Shown one piece after another: positions 18,177 to 28,645 of a DNA stretch of 64,000 nucleotides. A program made the position numbers and the translations under genes. The stretch is from Nitrosopumilus sp. (GTDB taxonomy: Archaea > Thermoproteota > Nitrososphaeria > Nitrososphaerales > Nitrosopumilaceae). Position 1 is the first letter of the stretch, and each line of letters begins with the position of its first letter. The notes beneath the pieces are model-generated. The model made no database searches, had not been told where the DNA came from, and worked only from the letters and a program-made list of their open reading frames with translations. The DNA lies in the NCBI GenBank assembly GCA_965219345.1, contig OZ244732.1, forward strand, positions 864,001 through 928,000. Reading direction: 5' to 3'.

Positions 18177-20441
18177 ATGGAAGTCCATGACGCTGAACTT
18201 GTTTCACGTGTTTATCTGAAATTAAAAGAAAATATTGCAAAATATAGTAACATAGTTGGAAGACCACTTTCACTTAGTGAGAAAATTTTATCTGGTCATC
18301 TTAATAAAATTGATGACAAAAGTTTTGCTGGCGGAAAAGATTATGTTCTTCTAAAACCTGACAGAGTCGCATTACAAGATGTTACAGGACAAATGGTAAT
18401 GCTTCAATTTATGCAAGCTGGACTTAAACAAACATCTTTGCCGACAACCGTACATTGTGATCATCTCATTAGAGCTGAAGTTCAAGGTGATGTTGACATG
18501 AAAGTTTCCCTTGATGAAAATAGTGAAGTTTTCAAATTCTTACAATCCGGTGCTGCAAAATTTGGATGTGGTTTTTGGAAACCTGGTGCCGGAATAATTC
18601 ATCAGGTAGTTCTTGAAAATTATGCATTTCCTGGTGGTTTGATGATTGGCACAGATTCTCATACTCCGAATGCTGGTGGTCTTGGAATGATTGCTATTGG
18701 AGTAGGTGGATTGGATGCAGCAGAGACTATGGCAGACATGCCTTGGGAATTACTCTACCCTAAACTAATTGGAATTAAACTAACTGGAGAATTAAATGGA
18801 TGGACAGCCCCTAAGGATATCATACTAAAAGTTGCTGAGGAATTGACAGTTTCCGGAGGCACTAATTCAATAATTGAATACTTTGGACCTGGAACAAAAT
18901 CTATCAGTTGTACTGGCAAAGCTACAATTACAAATATGGGGGCTGAAATTGGTGCAACCTGCTCAATTTTTCCATATGATGAAAGAATGGAAACTTATCT
19001 GAAACATACCAACCGAGGTGATATAGCTGGATTAGCAAATCAAAATAAAGAATTACTTGTTGCAGATCCTGAAGTTGAAGCAAATCCAGAAAACTTTTTT
19101 GATAAAGTAATTGAAATCAATCTATCGACATTAGAACCCCATATTGTTGGACCTCACACTCCTGATTTGGCAAGAACAATTTCTAAACTATCTGATGATG
19201 TGAAATCCAATGACTATGTTGATCCAATTTCTGTTGCATTGATTGGTAGTTGCACAAATTCATCTTATGAGGATATGTCAAGAGCAGCAAGCTTGGCTGA
19301 TCAAGCAAAAGCAAAAGGAATCAAAGCTAAAATTCCATTATTAGTTACTCCTGGTTCTGAACAAATTCGAGGAACCATTGAAAGAGATGGGCTAATGGAT
19401 TCTCTTAAAGAGATTGGCGCAACTGTTTTAGCAAATGCTTGTGGTCCTTGTATTGGACAATGGAATAGACCTGAATTAGAAAAAGATCAAAAAAATACTA
19501 TTGTTACAACATTTAACAGAAATTTTCCCGGAAGAAATGATGGTCGTAGAAGTACTCTGAACTTCATCGGCAGTCCTGAAATGATTATTGCCTTAGCTTT
19601 AGGAGGAAAACTTTCCTTTAATCCATTAAAAGATGAGTTAACCGCAGCTGATGGAACAAAATTCAAACTTGAACCGCCCAAATCTGCACCTGAAGTTCCT
19701 GAAGAAGGTTTTATGAGGCCCGAGGGAATCTTTGTTGCACCTTCTAAAAATTCTGATAATGTTCAAGTCATAATTGATCCCAACAGTAAGAGACTACAAC
19801 GTTTGGAACCTTTTCCAAAATGGAATGGAAAAGATTTTGAAGAAATTTCAATATTGGTAAAGGCCAAGGGTAAATGTACCACCGACCATATCTCTCCCGC
19901 TGGTGTATGGTTATCACTTAGAGGACATTTGGATAACCTCAGCGATAATATGCTATTGGGAGCAGCTAATGCATTTAATGATGAGGCAGGTCAAGGTAAG
20001 AATATTCTTAACAATCAGCTTGAACCATTTTCAAAAATTGCAAGACAGTATAAAGAAAAACAAATGAACTGGGTGATAATTGGTGATAATAATTATGGTG
20101 AAGGTAGCAGCCGAGAGCATGCTGCAATGACTCCAAGATATTTGGGATGTGTCGCGGTTATCGCCAAAAGTTTAGCTAGAATACATGAAACTAATCTGAA
20201 AAAACAAGGAATCTTAGCACTGACCTTTGATAATCCTGATGATTACGACAAGATTCTTGAGGATGACAAAATTAGTCTGGTAGATTTAAATGATTTAGAA
20301 CCACACAAACAAGTTACTTGTATTATTTCACATAGTGATGGACGCAAGGAAGAAATTTTGTTAAATCACTCATACAACAAATCTCAAATTGAATGGTTCA
20401 AAGCTGGTTCTGCACTAAACGTTTTAAAAAATAATCGATAG
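18177..20441 (+). CDS. acnA: Aconitate hydratase
   Basis: HCDH, DSHTPN, GSCTNSSYED, CGPCIGQW, GSSREHA. Confidence 0.97.
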   Translation: MEVHDAELVSRVYLKLKENIAKYSNIVGRPLSLSEKILSGHLNKIDDKSFAGGKDYVLLKPDRVALQDVTGQMVMLQFMQAGLKQTSLPTTVHCDHLIRAEVQGDVDMKVSLDENSEVFKFLQSGAAKFGCGFWKPGAGIIHQVVLENYAFPGGLMIGTDSHTPNAGGLGMIAIGVGGLDAAETMADMPWELLYPKLIGIKLTGELNGWTAPKDIILKVAEELTVSGGTNSIIEYFGPGTKSISCTGKATITNMGAEIGATCSIFPYDERMETYLKHTNRGDIAGLANQNKELLVADPEVEANPENFFDKVIEINLSTLEPHIVGPHTPDLARTISKLSDDVKSNDYVDPISVALIGSCTNSSYEDMSRAASLADQAKAKGIKAKIPLLVTPGSEQIRGTIERDGLMDSLKEIGATVLANACGPCIGQWNRPELEKDQKNTIVTTFNRNFPGRNDGRRSTLNFIGSPEMIIALALGGKLSFNPLKDELTAADGTKFKLEPPKSAPEVPEEGFMRPEGIFVAPSKNSDNVQVIIDPNSKRLQRLEPFPKWNGKDFEEISILVKAKGKCTTDHISPAGVWLSLRGHLDNLSDNMLLGAANAFNDEAGQGKNILNNQLEPFSKIARQYKEKQMNWVIIGDNNYGEGSSREHAAMTPRYLGCVAVIAKSLARIHETNLKKQGILALTFDNPDDYDKILEDDKISLVDLNDLEPHKQVTCIISHSDGRKEEILLNHSYNKSQIEWFKAGSALNVLKNNR

Positions 20442-20452
20442 AATTTTTAACG

Positions 20453-20605
20453 TGGGGCCGACCGGAATCGAACCGGCGACCTACGGGTCACTACAGCTCC
20501 AAACTTACATCATCCCTGAGTCAGTTTAGCTTAGTTTACCTCTGGAGCCCTTAGCGGTGATCTAATCGTAGACACTGTCGCCCTACCAGGCTAGGCTACG
20601 ACCCC
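20453..20605 (-). tRNA. tRNA-Trp(CCA) with two introns
   Basis: Mature ACGGG-CT-CCA-GA-CCCGT arm after removing ~20551-20576 and ~20489-20541. Confidence 0.85.
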
Positions 20606-20695
20606 ACGAACAAGAATGAAATAAACTTGAATTTTAAGTTATTTTTAACTAAGATTTATTTGCGATTAACGTGAATTTGGTGTTGTTCAACAATC

Positions 20696-21229
20696 ATGGT
20701 AAAACCAATTCATTATGCATTAGGCGCCATTCCAGTAATTGTGGCACTTTTAATTTCAGTTCCATTACTTACAAAAAATGAAATTCCAATTTCTGCAGCT
20801 AATTCTTTTGATGTAATTGAAATTGAATATGTTAAACATCAGCTAAAGAAAATTTCTTATGGTATTACAGAAAGAGTTGGGGCACAAAAAACTGAAATTC
20901 TTTACATTAAGAATGATGGTGATCTCAAATACTCTGTAACTGAACTTGGATCTCTTCAACCCGATGTTCGTTCTAAATTAGACGAAAAAAGACTTGACAA
21001 AATAAAAGCGCTGATAAAAGAAACTGGTTTCATAGCAATTCCATCAGAATCATTTTCAATTCTAGAAAATGTAACTGAATATCAAAAATCAAGTGTTAAA
21101 GTTACTCTTAATGGACAAATCAATCAAATCCATTGGCCTGAACAAAATGCTACGAAACAATTCGTTCCTCCAATAATTACTATGGTTGAATCTGAACTGG
21201 ATTATATTATATCTGAAATTCGTGAATAG
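20696..21229 (+). CDS. Membrane-anchored hypothetical protein
   Basis: N-terminal TM helix. Confidence 0.75.
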   Translation: MVKPIHYALGAIPVIVALLISVPLLTKNEIPISAANSFDVIEIEYVKHQLKKISYGITERVGAQKTEILYIKNDGDLKYSVTELGSLQPDVRSKLDEKRLDKIKALIKETGFIAIPSESFSILENVTEYQKSSVKVTLNGQINQIHWPEQNATKQFVPPIITMVESELDYIISEIRE

Positions 21230-21259
21230 GTACAAATAGGCTTCAGTAAAAATTAGAAT

Positions 21260-22228
21260 ATGCTCCCACTATCCGGTGAACGACATGACGCTAAAGGTAT
21301 AATTTCTGAAAAAACAAACTCTGTTGATATTTTACGTGGTTCATCTGTTCTTAAACGAGGTTTTGCTCACATGTTGAAGAATGGAGTTGTAATGGATGTC
21401 ACAACAGTGGAACAGGCTCTAATTGCTGAAGAAGCTGGAGCAGTTTCTGTAATGGTTTTAGACAAACTCCCGTCTGAAGTTAGAAAAGCGGGAGGAGTTG
21501 CGCGAACTGCAAGCATTAGAATTATTGAAGACATTATGGATTCAGTTACAATTCCAGTAATGGCAAAATGTAGAATCGGTCATGTCAATGAAGCATTAGT
21601 TCTACAGGAAACTGATGTAGATATGATTGATGAATCTGAAGTTCTAACTCCTGCTGATGAGTTTCATCATATTTGGAAATGGGATTTTACAACACCAGTT
21701 GTAAACGGTGCAAGATCCTTGGCTGAAGCTTTAAGAAGAATTGAAGAAGGTGCAGCAATGATTAGAACAAAAGGTGAGCCTGGAACTGGAAATGTTGCAG
21801 AAGCTATTACTCATATTAAAAAAGTTAATGACGAATTAAGAACAATTAAGGCAATTTATGATTCTGGAGATAATCAAGATTTAGTAAGAATGGCAAGAGA
21901 ATTCAAAGTATCATATGATATTGTTGAACAAACTGCAAAACTTGGAAGATTACCTGTTGTAAATTTTGCTGCAGGTGGAATAGCCACTCCTGCTGATGCG
22001 GCATATCTTATGTCTCTTGGTTGTGATGGAATCTTTGTTGGTTCTGGAATTTTTAATGCAGATGACGCAAAAGAAAGAGCAAGAGCAATAGTTTTGGCTA
22101 CTACTTTTTGGAATGAATCTGATAAGGTCAAAGAAGCCCAAAAAATGATTGACGAAAGACAATCCATGTTGGGATTAGATGTAAATACACTAGAATTACG
22201 TATGCAAGAACGTGGTGGTTCCTCATGA
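21260..22228 (+). CDS. pdxS: Pyridoxal 5'-phosphate synthase subunit PdxS
   Basis: [34 protein letters not shown]. Confidence 0.97.
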   Translation: MLPLSGERHDAKGIISEKTNSVDILRGSSVLKRGFAHMLKNGVVMDVTTVEQALIAEEAGAVSVMVLDKLPSEVRKAGGVARTASIRIIEDIMDSVTIPVMAKCRIGHVNEALVLQETDVDMIDESEVLTPADEFHHIWKWDFTTPVVNGARSLAEALRRIEEGAAMIRTKGEPGTGNVAEAITHIKKVNDELRTIKAIYDSGDNQDLVRMAREFKVSYDIVEQTAKLGRLPVVNFAAGGIATPADAAYLMSLGCDGIFVGSGIFNADDAKERARAIVLATTFWNESDKVKEAQKMIDERQSMLGLDVNTLELRMQERGGSS

Positions 22229-22842
22229 GTCTTAATTTTGGAATATTATCCATACAAGGCGATGTTCAAGAAAATCTCTTGTCTACCAAAGCTGCCCTCA
22301 ATGAATTGGACATTGATGGAAACGTAACTGATGTAAAAACACCTGAAGAAATTTCTAAGTTGGATGGTTTGATAATACCTGGTGGTGAAAGTACTACTAT
22401 TGGACAACTTTCTTTGGTAAATGGTTCCCTGAAGGTCTTAAAAGAAAAAATTGAAAATGGAATGCCCGTATTAGGAATTTGTGCTGGCATGATTATGCTG
22501 TCAAAGACAGCTGATGATCGTGTTGTTGGGAAAACTGATCAACCCCTTTTAGACATTCTTGATATTAAATTAGAAAGAAATTCTTTTGGACGACAACAAG
22601 AATCCTTTGAAGCTGATATATCTATGGATTCTATTAATATTCCAAAATTTAATGGAGTCTTTATCAGAGCACCATCTGTCTCAGATGTTGGTTCTGATAT
22701 AGAAGTTATATCAAAATTTAATGAGCGAATAGTTGCAGTTAAAAAAGGGAATGTAATTGCTGCTGCGTTTCATCCTGAACTAACTGAAGATATTTCGTTG
22801 CACAAGTATTTTGTCAACCTTGTTAATACTTCTAAGAATTAA
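22225..22842 (+). CDS. pdxT: PLP synthase glutaminase subunit PdxT
   Basis: PGGEST, ICAG, FIRAP, FHPEL. Confidence 0.96.
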   Translation: MSLNFGILSIQGDVQENLLSTKAALNELDIDGNVTDVKTPEEISKLDGLIIPGGESTTIGQLSLVNGSLKVLKEKIENGMPVLGICAGMIMLSKTADDRVVGKTDQPLLDILDIKLERNSFGRQQESFEADISMDSINIPKFNGVFIRAPSVSDVGSDIEVISKFNERIVAVKKGNVIAAAFHPELTEDISLHKYFVNLVNTSKN

Positions 22843-25157
22843 TCTGCCAAATTGTGCATAGATTTCAAGTCTTTCTGAAATGATTTTAAAATTTCAGGAA
22901 TTTCCATTTTTATTGAGTCTTTTAATGATAAACTCTGAGATTTTTTCTCACTCCACACCTTGGAATTAAATTCAGTAATTTCTTTTGTAATGTCACTTAA
23001 CACTTCAATATTTTCAGGCTCAGCTTGTGCTTGTTTGTGTATACTTTCTTCTGAATACAAAATCTTCCAGAGATGTTCTGTAATAAATGGAGTAATTGGT
23101 GCTAATAATTTTAAAATTGTTGATAATGTTTTGTGTAATGTAAATATTGCTCCGTCTCTTTCCTCATCTGAAAAACCAATTCCATAGGCTCTTGCTTTGA
23201 CCATTTCAATATAGTGCGCTGCAAATAAATTCCATGTGAATTCTCTAATTGCAACTGCAGGAATGAAAAAGTTGTATTCCTCATATCCTTTCTTGCATTC
23301 TTTTACCAAATTATCTAATTCTGACAAAACCCATTTGTCGGATGCATTAAGTGTCCCTGATTCAATTACTGGGAAACTAGACAAGAATCTTGACACATTC
23401 CATAACTTGCTAAGGAATTTTTTAGTTGATTCAATTTTTTGTTCGTTACATCTAAAATCAGATCCATGATTAGTCTCACTTGCACTCCAAAATCTAAAAG
23501 TGTCCGCACCTAATTTTTCAATGACTGGTAAAGGATCAATTGCATTTCCTTTACTTTTACTCATCTTCATTCCTTTTTCATCAAGACCATATCCCATTAT
23601 CCAAGCTTCAGACCATGGTTTTTCCCCTGTAAGCTGTTCACATCTTAGTAGTGTATAGTATAACCATGTTCTAACAATATCTTTTGCTTGAGGTCGTATT
23701 GAAGCGGGATATACCTTGCCAAAAAATTCCTCATCTTTCCTGAATTTGCTTACAAAAAGGGGTGATATGCTAGAATCCATCCATGTATCAAAAGTTCGTT
23801 CTTCTCCTACAAATTCTGTAGATTGACATTTTGGACATTGATTAATTGGACAATCTTCCTTCCATGGTTTATAGTACTTTCCAGGCTCAGGAACGTAAGA
23901 TTCCGAGCATTTTTTACAATACCAAATTGGGATTTCAGTACCATAATATCTTCTTCTTGAAATTGGCCAATCTATGTTGATGGATTCAAGCCAATTCATT
24001 AAGATTTGTTTGTGCATTGCGGGGTGAAATATAATCTCTTGTCCTAACTTCTTCATTTTTTCAACTGATTCTTTTTGTTTTAAATAATATTCTTCCATTG
24101 GAATTATTTCAATAGGAATTTTACTCCTCTCAGATACTGGCGTTCTGTGGATAATATCTTCAATTTTCTCTACAAATCCTTTAGATTCCAAGTCTTCTAT
24201 GATTTTTGTTCTTGCTTGTTTTGGTTTTAGTCCAACATATTCTCCTGCTACTTCAGTCATTCTCCCATCTAGATCAATTGCAACAATCTCTTCTAATCCT
24301 AATTCTCTAAACAACGCTACATCGCTTTGATCACCATAACTACATACCATTACCGCGCCTGAACCAAATTCTTGTTGAGCAGAATGATGTGTTCGTAATT
24401 CAACTTCTGCATTAGTTATCGGAACAATTATTTTCTTCCCAATGTACTGCGTGTATCTTTCGTCTTCTGGATTTACAATAATTGTTTTGCATGCACAGAC
24501 TAATTCTGGTCTTGTGCTTGCTATAACTATCTCCTTGCCTGTATCCTTTATTTTGAATTTCATGTAAACTAGTTTAGTTGGCAAATCTTCGTATATGATT
24601 TCTGCATCTGCAATGGTCGTTCCTGAAACCCAATCATAGTTGTTAGGTCTGTTTGCTAGATACACTTGATCTTTTTTCCATAACTCAATGAATGTTGATT
24701 GTGTAAGTGCTCTATATTCTTCTGAATCCGTTCTATAGTAGTTTGAAAAATCTCCACTAATTCCCATATTTTTCATAATTAGAATCATCTCAGCTTCTAA
24801 ATCGCCAAGTGCATTTTTACAAAGATTCAGAAATTCGTTCCTATCAGTTTCTCTCATTCTAATTTTGTGCTTTTTTTCAGTGTACAGTTCTACTGGAAGT
24901 CCATTTCTATCAATTCCTATGGGAAAGTAGACATTTTTTCCTGCCATTCTTGCAGTACGTGCAATCATGTCAATTTGTGAATAATGTGCCGCTGCTCCAA
25001 TATGCCATGGCCTACCTGATGGATATGGTGGAGGAGTATCTATGGTATAATTTTTTTCTTGCGGAACAAAATCATAAATTTTTTCTTCTTCCCATTGTTT
25101 GAGAATTTTTTTTTCTAACTCTGGATTCCATGCTTTTTCTGTTATTTTTGGTTCCAT
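22839..25157 (-). CDS. valS: Valine--tRNA ligase
   Basis: DTPPPY, HIGA, DTWMDSS, KMSKS; start taken at MEPKIT. Confidence 0.95.
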   Translation of the reverse strand: MEPKITEKAWNPELEKKILKQWEEEKIYDFVPQEKNYTIDTPPPYPSGRPWHIGAAAHYSQIDMIARTARMAGKNVYFPIGIDRNGLPVELYTEKKHKIRMRETDRNEFLNLCKNALGDLEAEMILIMKNMGISGDFSNYYRTDSEEYRALTQSTFIELWKKDQVYLANRPNNYDWVSGTTIADAEIIYEDLPTKLVYMKFKIKDTGKEIVIASTRPELVCACKTIIVNPEDERYTQYIGKKIIVPITNAEVELRTHHSAQQEFGSGAVMVCSYGDQSDVALFRELGLEEIVAIDLDGRMTEVAGEYVGLKPKQARTKIIEDLESKGFVEKIEDIIHRTPVSERSKIPIEIIPMEEYYLKQKESVEKMKKLGQEIIFHPAMHKQILMNWLESINIDWPISRRRYYGTEIPIWYCKKCSESYVPEPGKYYKPWKEDCPINQCPKCQSTEFVGEERTFDTWMDSSISPLFVSKFRKDEEFFGKVYPASIRPQAKDIVRTWLYYTLLRCEQLTGEKPWSEAWIMGYGLDEKGMKMSKSKGNAIDPLPVIEKLGADTFRFWSASETNHGSDFRCNEQKIESTKKFLSKLWNVSRFLSSFPVIESGTLNASDKWVLSELDNLVKECKKGYEEYNFFIPAVAIREFTWNLFAAHYIEMVKARAYGIGFSDEERDGAIFTLHKTLSTILKLLAPITPFITEHLWKILYSEESIHKQAQAEPENIEVLSDITKEITEFNSKVWSEKKSQSLSLKDSIKMEIPEILKSFQKDLKSMHNLAD

Positions 25158-25164
25158 TTCTTTA

Positions 25165-25980
25165 CTATCTAGAGATATTTGAGATGATGTGAGAACCTTT
25201 GTTATACCCTTCATAGATGTATACACCCACTGCTTCTACATTTGATGGCATTTTTGGTGCTAATAGTTTTATAATTTCGCTTGAAAGATTTTCAACAGTA
25301 GCTTCTCCTTCTAAAAGATATGTAGTGTTTTTTGGAACTTGTAATTCAAACATTCCTTTAGGACCTTCAAATTGAATTAGATAATGTGAATCATCCTCAC
25401 TCTTTAGATATTTCTTGTTAATGAAAAATTTATGATCAAATATGTTAACAACTTCTTTGATAATTTTTTTTGCTACACCAAAATCTAAAAGTAGATTATC
25501 TTTCATTTGTCCTATAAGCTCTACCATTACAGAAGATGTGTGTCCATGTAGGATAGAACATTTTTCAACTAATGGAAGTATATGTGCATAATCAAATGAG
25601 AATGATCCATCTTCTAAAAATATAGAACCTGTCTGTGGTGTCTTGTCATAAAATACTATATCTTGTAACTCTTTAATTTGTGCAACATATTTTGCATGTC
25701 CAATTGCCATTACTTTGTCTTGAGGAAAATCTTCTTTGATTTGTTTGTATTTTTTAATGTCTTCGTCATTATCAATTACTTCAATCAATCCTTTCTTTGT
25801 TTTAAAATCAATTGTGACATCATTCCCGTTCTTTAAGGTGAGTTTGTAATTGTATTGGTATTCTTCATCAAGAAAAGTAAGCATTTGCGCGACTGTTAAC
25901 TCGGTTCTTGTTCTAAGTAAATTTCCCTTTTTATCGATATATCTAAAGTCTGAATCTAGAATTGTAGGACTTGAAGCCAT
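25165..25980 (-). CDS. queD: 6-pyruvoyl-tetrahydropterin synthase/QueD family protein with N-terminal extra domain
   Basis: FDYAH...CSILHGH...DFG...FDH...TVEN. Confidence 0.8.
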   Translation of the reverse strand: MASSPTILDSDFRYIDKKGNLLRTRTELTVAQMLTFLDEEYQYNYKLTLKNGNDVTIDFKTKKGLIEVIDNDEDIKKYKQIKEDFPQDKVMAIGHAKYVAQIKELQDIVFYDKTPQTGSIFLEDGSFSFDYAHILPLVEKCSILHGHTSSVMVELIGQMKDNLLLDFGVAKKIIKEVVNIFDHKFFINKKYLKSEDDSHYLIQFEGPKGMFELQVPKNTTYLLEGEATVENLSSEIIKLLAPKMPSNVEAVGVYIYEGYNKGSHIISNISR

Positions 25981-26050
25981 GTAAAGTCATCTGACTTTGG
26001 ATATAATATAAATTCTGTAACGATGGTACCTGAAAATTCATCTTTTACAA

Positions 26051-26341
26051 TTATACCAAAGAATTTAGAATTTTGGCTAGATTGACATCATTTTTTGTAA
26101 TGCCTCCAGCATCATGAGTTGTTAATTCTATAGTGATTTTGTTGTACACGTTAAACCATTCTGGGTGATGATTCATTTTTTCAATTTCCATAGCTGCTCT
26201 AGTCATAAAACCAAATGCTTGGTTAAAGTTATCAAGCTGAAATTCTTTGTGAAGTTTCTCATTTACAACACTCCAGCCTGGCAGATTCTTTAGTTCTTCA
26301 TCAATGTCTGTTTGTGATAACCTCATCATATCGTATTGCAC
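26051..26341 (-). CDS. Pterin-4-alpha-carbinolamine dehydratase
   Basis: [21 protein letters not shown]. Confidence 0.93.
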   Translation of the reverse strand: MQYDMMRLSQTDIDEELKNLPGWSVVNEKLHKEFQLDNFNQAFGFMTRAAMEIEKMNHHPEWFNVYNKITIELTTHDAGGITKNDVNLAKILNSLV

Positions 26342-26405
26342 AGAACGCTAAATTAATAGTTAAGGGATTTGATTCATTACCATTCTTATGGAATCTAACA
26401 TGTGA

Positions 26406-27167
26406 GTGATTGTGGAATCTATGGAAAAAGAATTATTTGAAAATATTAAAAATTCAATTTCTGAGACTGTTAAAGAAAAAAAAATTGGAATTGCTTTTTC
26501 TGGTGGTGTTGATAGTACATTAATCTCAAAAATTTGTTCAGATATGGATTATGATGTTACATTACTGACAATTGGTTTTCCAGAATCACATGATATTTTA
26601 TTTGCAAAACAAGTTAATGAGTGTCTGAACTACTCTCATCATATTTTGGAAATTGACTCAAAAACTTTTCCTGCTATTTCATCAAAAATTCACCAGACAA
26701 TTAACACAGATAATCTATCATGGAATGAAAATTGTATTGCATTTCATTATGTGTCTAAACTAGCAAAAAGCTTAGAACTTGAGAGTGTGGTTACTGCAAA
26801 TGGAATGGATGAATTGTTTTGTGGTTATAATGCCTATAGAGAAGCATTTTCCGGAGGCGAATCTAAAATTCATCAAGTTATGATCTCTAAATTAAACAAC
26901 GAACTAAAAATGATGAAGGCCGTAAATCTAATTGCATCAGAGTTTAAAGTAAAAATTATTCAACCCCTACTCTCTTCTAAATTCATAGATTATGCTAAAA
27001 CCATTCCTTTATCTGAGAAAATTCATGATTCTGAGGACTTGTATCGTAAACATATCATAAGAAAATTAGCTAGTCAAATCGATGTTCCAGAAATTTCTTG
27101 TACAAAAAGAAAGAAAGCCTTACAATATGGCTCTAAAATCCATAAGGCATTATTAAAAACTAGATGA
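26406..27167 (+). CDS. Asparagine synthase C-terminal domain protein
   Basis: SGGVDS, GMDELFCGY, KKALQYGS. Confidence 0.85.
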   Translation: MIVESMEKELFENIKNSISETVKEKKIGIAFSGGVDSTLISKICSDMDYDVTLLTIGFPESHDILFAKQVNECLNYSHHILEIDSKTFPAISSKIHQTINTDNLSWNENCIAFHYVSKLAKSLELESVVTANGMDELFCGYNAYREAFSGGESKIHQVMISKLNNELKMMKAVNLIASEFKVKIIQPLLSSKFIDYAKTIPLSEKIHDSEDLYRKHIIRKLASQIDVPEISCTKRKKALQYGSKIHKALLKTR

Positions 27168-28524
27168 ATTTTTTAACTGCCTTTTGAACTGATTTTTTTA
27201 CATTACTGATAATTGCAGGTGATGCCCCAAGATGTTTCTCTGGTAAAAATATTGCATCAATTTCTTTGTCAGTTAATTTTGAAGAAAATGCTTTATCGTT
27301 TTTGATAGCGTCTATGAATTGCATTCCCTTGTCATTTGCCTTGAATGCAACTCTTTGAACATCTTTGTATGCCACAAATCTTGGAACGCCTTTTTTGATT
27401 AGTGCTTCTAAAACAAATTCTGCAAATATTTGCCCTTTTGTGATGTAAAGATTCTCTACAATTCTTTTCTCATTCACCATCAAGTTTGAAATAATTCTAG
27501 TCATAGTTTCTAACATTTCATCAACTAGGATAGATACTGTTGGAATTACAAACCTCTCATTAGCTGAATTTGAAAGATCTCGCTCATGCCATAATGGAAT
27601 GTTTTCAAAGGAAATTCCTACTTGACTACGTACCATTTTAGATAATGATGATACTCTCTCACTTTTGATTGGATTTCTTTTAACGGGAACTGCACTGCTG
27701 CCCATTTGTCCCTTCTTGAATTGTTCAGAAACCTCTCCAATCTCTGTTCTTTGCAAGTTTCTAATTTCTACTGCAATTTTTTCTAGAGTTGCACCAATCA
27801 ATGCTAATTCAAACACATATTCTGCATATCTCTCTCTTGGAACAACCTGAGTGGTAACTTCTGCTGGGTAAAGTTTCAGACGCTTTGCAACTCTTTTTTG
27901 CACTTCAAGTGATTTTGCACCCATTAAAGAACCAGTACCTACAACACCAAGTGTCTTACAAATCAGAATTCTTTTCTTCATCTCTTCAATTCTTTCTACA
28001 TGTTTTGCCATCTCTGCGGCCCAATTTGCAAATTTTAATCCAAATGAAATGATGCTTGCATGTTGTCCATGAGTTCTACCTACAGCTGGAATTTTTCCAT
28101 GTTTAACGGCTTTTTGCGCTAGAATTGATGCCATCTTTGCAACTTTTGGTTCAATAATTTTTAATGAATCATGAATCTGCATAGAATTACTGGTGTCTAC
28201 CAAATCATTACTTGTTAATCCATAATGAATCCATGGTCTAGCATCCTTTGTACACTTCTCACTTAATGATTCCACTAGCGCCGCAGTATCGTGATCACTT
28301 TTTGCTTCAAGCTGTTTGATTCTTTTTGCAGTAATCTTTCCTGACATTGCTGCTTTTAGAATTTTTTTCCCAACAGTTTTCGGAATAATTCCTATTTCAC
28401 TTTGTGAAATAGCAGCTGCACCTTCAATCTCTAATTGATAATTGATTTTCTTTTGTTCACTGAAAATTTCTATCATTTCCTTAGTGCCATAACGGCCACT
28501 GTCTATAGGTAAAATTGCCAACAT
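27160..28524 (-). CDS. purB: Adenylosuccinate lyase
   Basis: GRTHGQHA, GSSAVPVKRNP, HERDLSNS. Confidence 0.95.
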   Translation of the reverse strand: MLAILPIDSGRYGTKEMIEIFSEQKKINYQLEIEGAAAISQSEIGIIPKTVGKKILKAAMSGKITAKRIKQLEAKSDHDTAALVESLSEKCTKDARPWIHYGLTSNDLVDTSNSMQIHDSLKIIEPKVAKMASILAQKAVKHGKIPAVGRTHGQHASIISFGLKFANWAAEMAKHVERIEEMKKRILICKTLGVVGTGSLMGAKSLEVQKRVAKRLKLYPAEVTTQVVPRERYAEYVFELALIGATLEKIAVEIRNLQRTEIGEVSEQFKKGQMGSSAVPVKRNPIKSERVSSLSKMVRSQVGISFENIPLWHERDLSNSANERFVIPTVSILVDEMLETMTRIISNLMVNEKRIVENLYITKGQIFAEFVLEALIKKGVPRFVAYKDVQRVAFKANDKGMQFIDAIKNDKAFSSKLTDKEIDAIFLPEKHLGASPAIISNVKKSVQKAVKKFI

Positions 28525-28645
28525 TATGACTTCAATTTATTGGAAAATAAATCTACTTCTTTATCCTACTTTTGTGCGTAGTTTAAACCAAAAGTTCTTT
28601 GATTGATGGTTTAAATTGGATTGAAAGAAAAATTCACCGATACTA

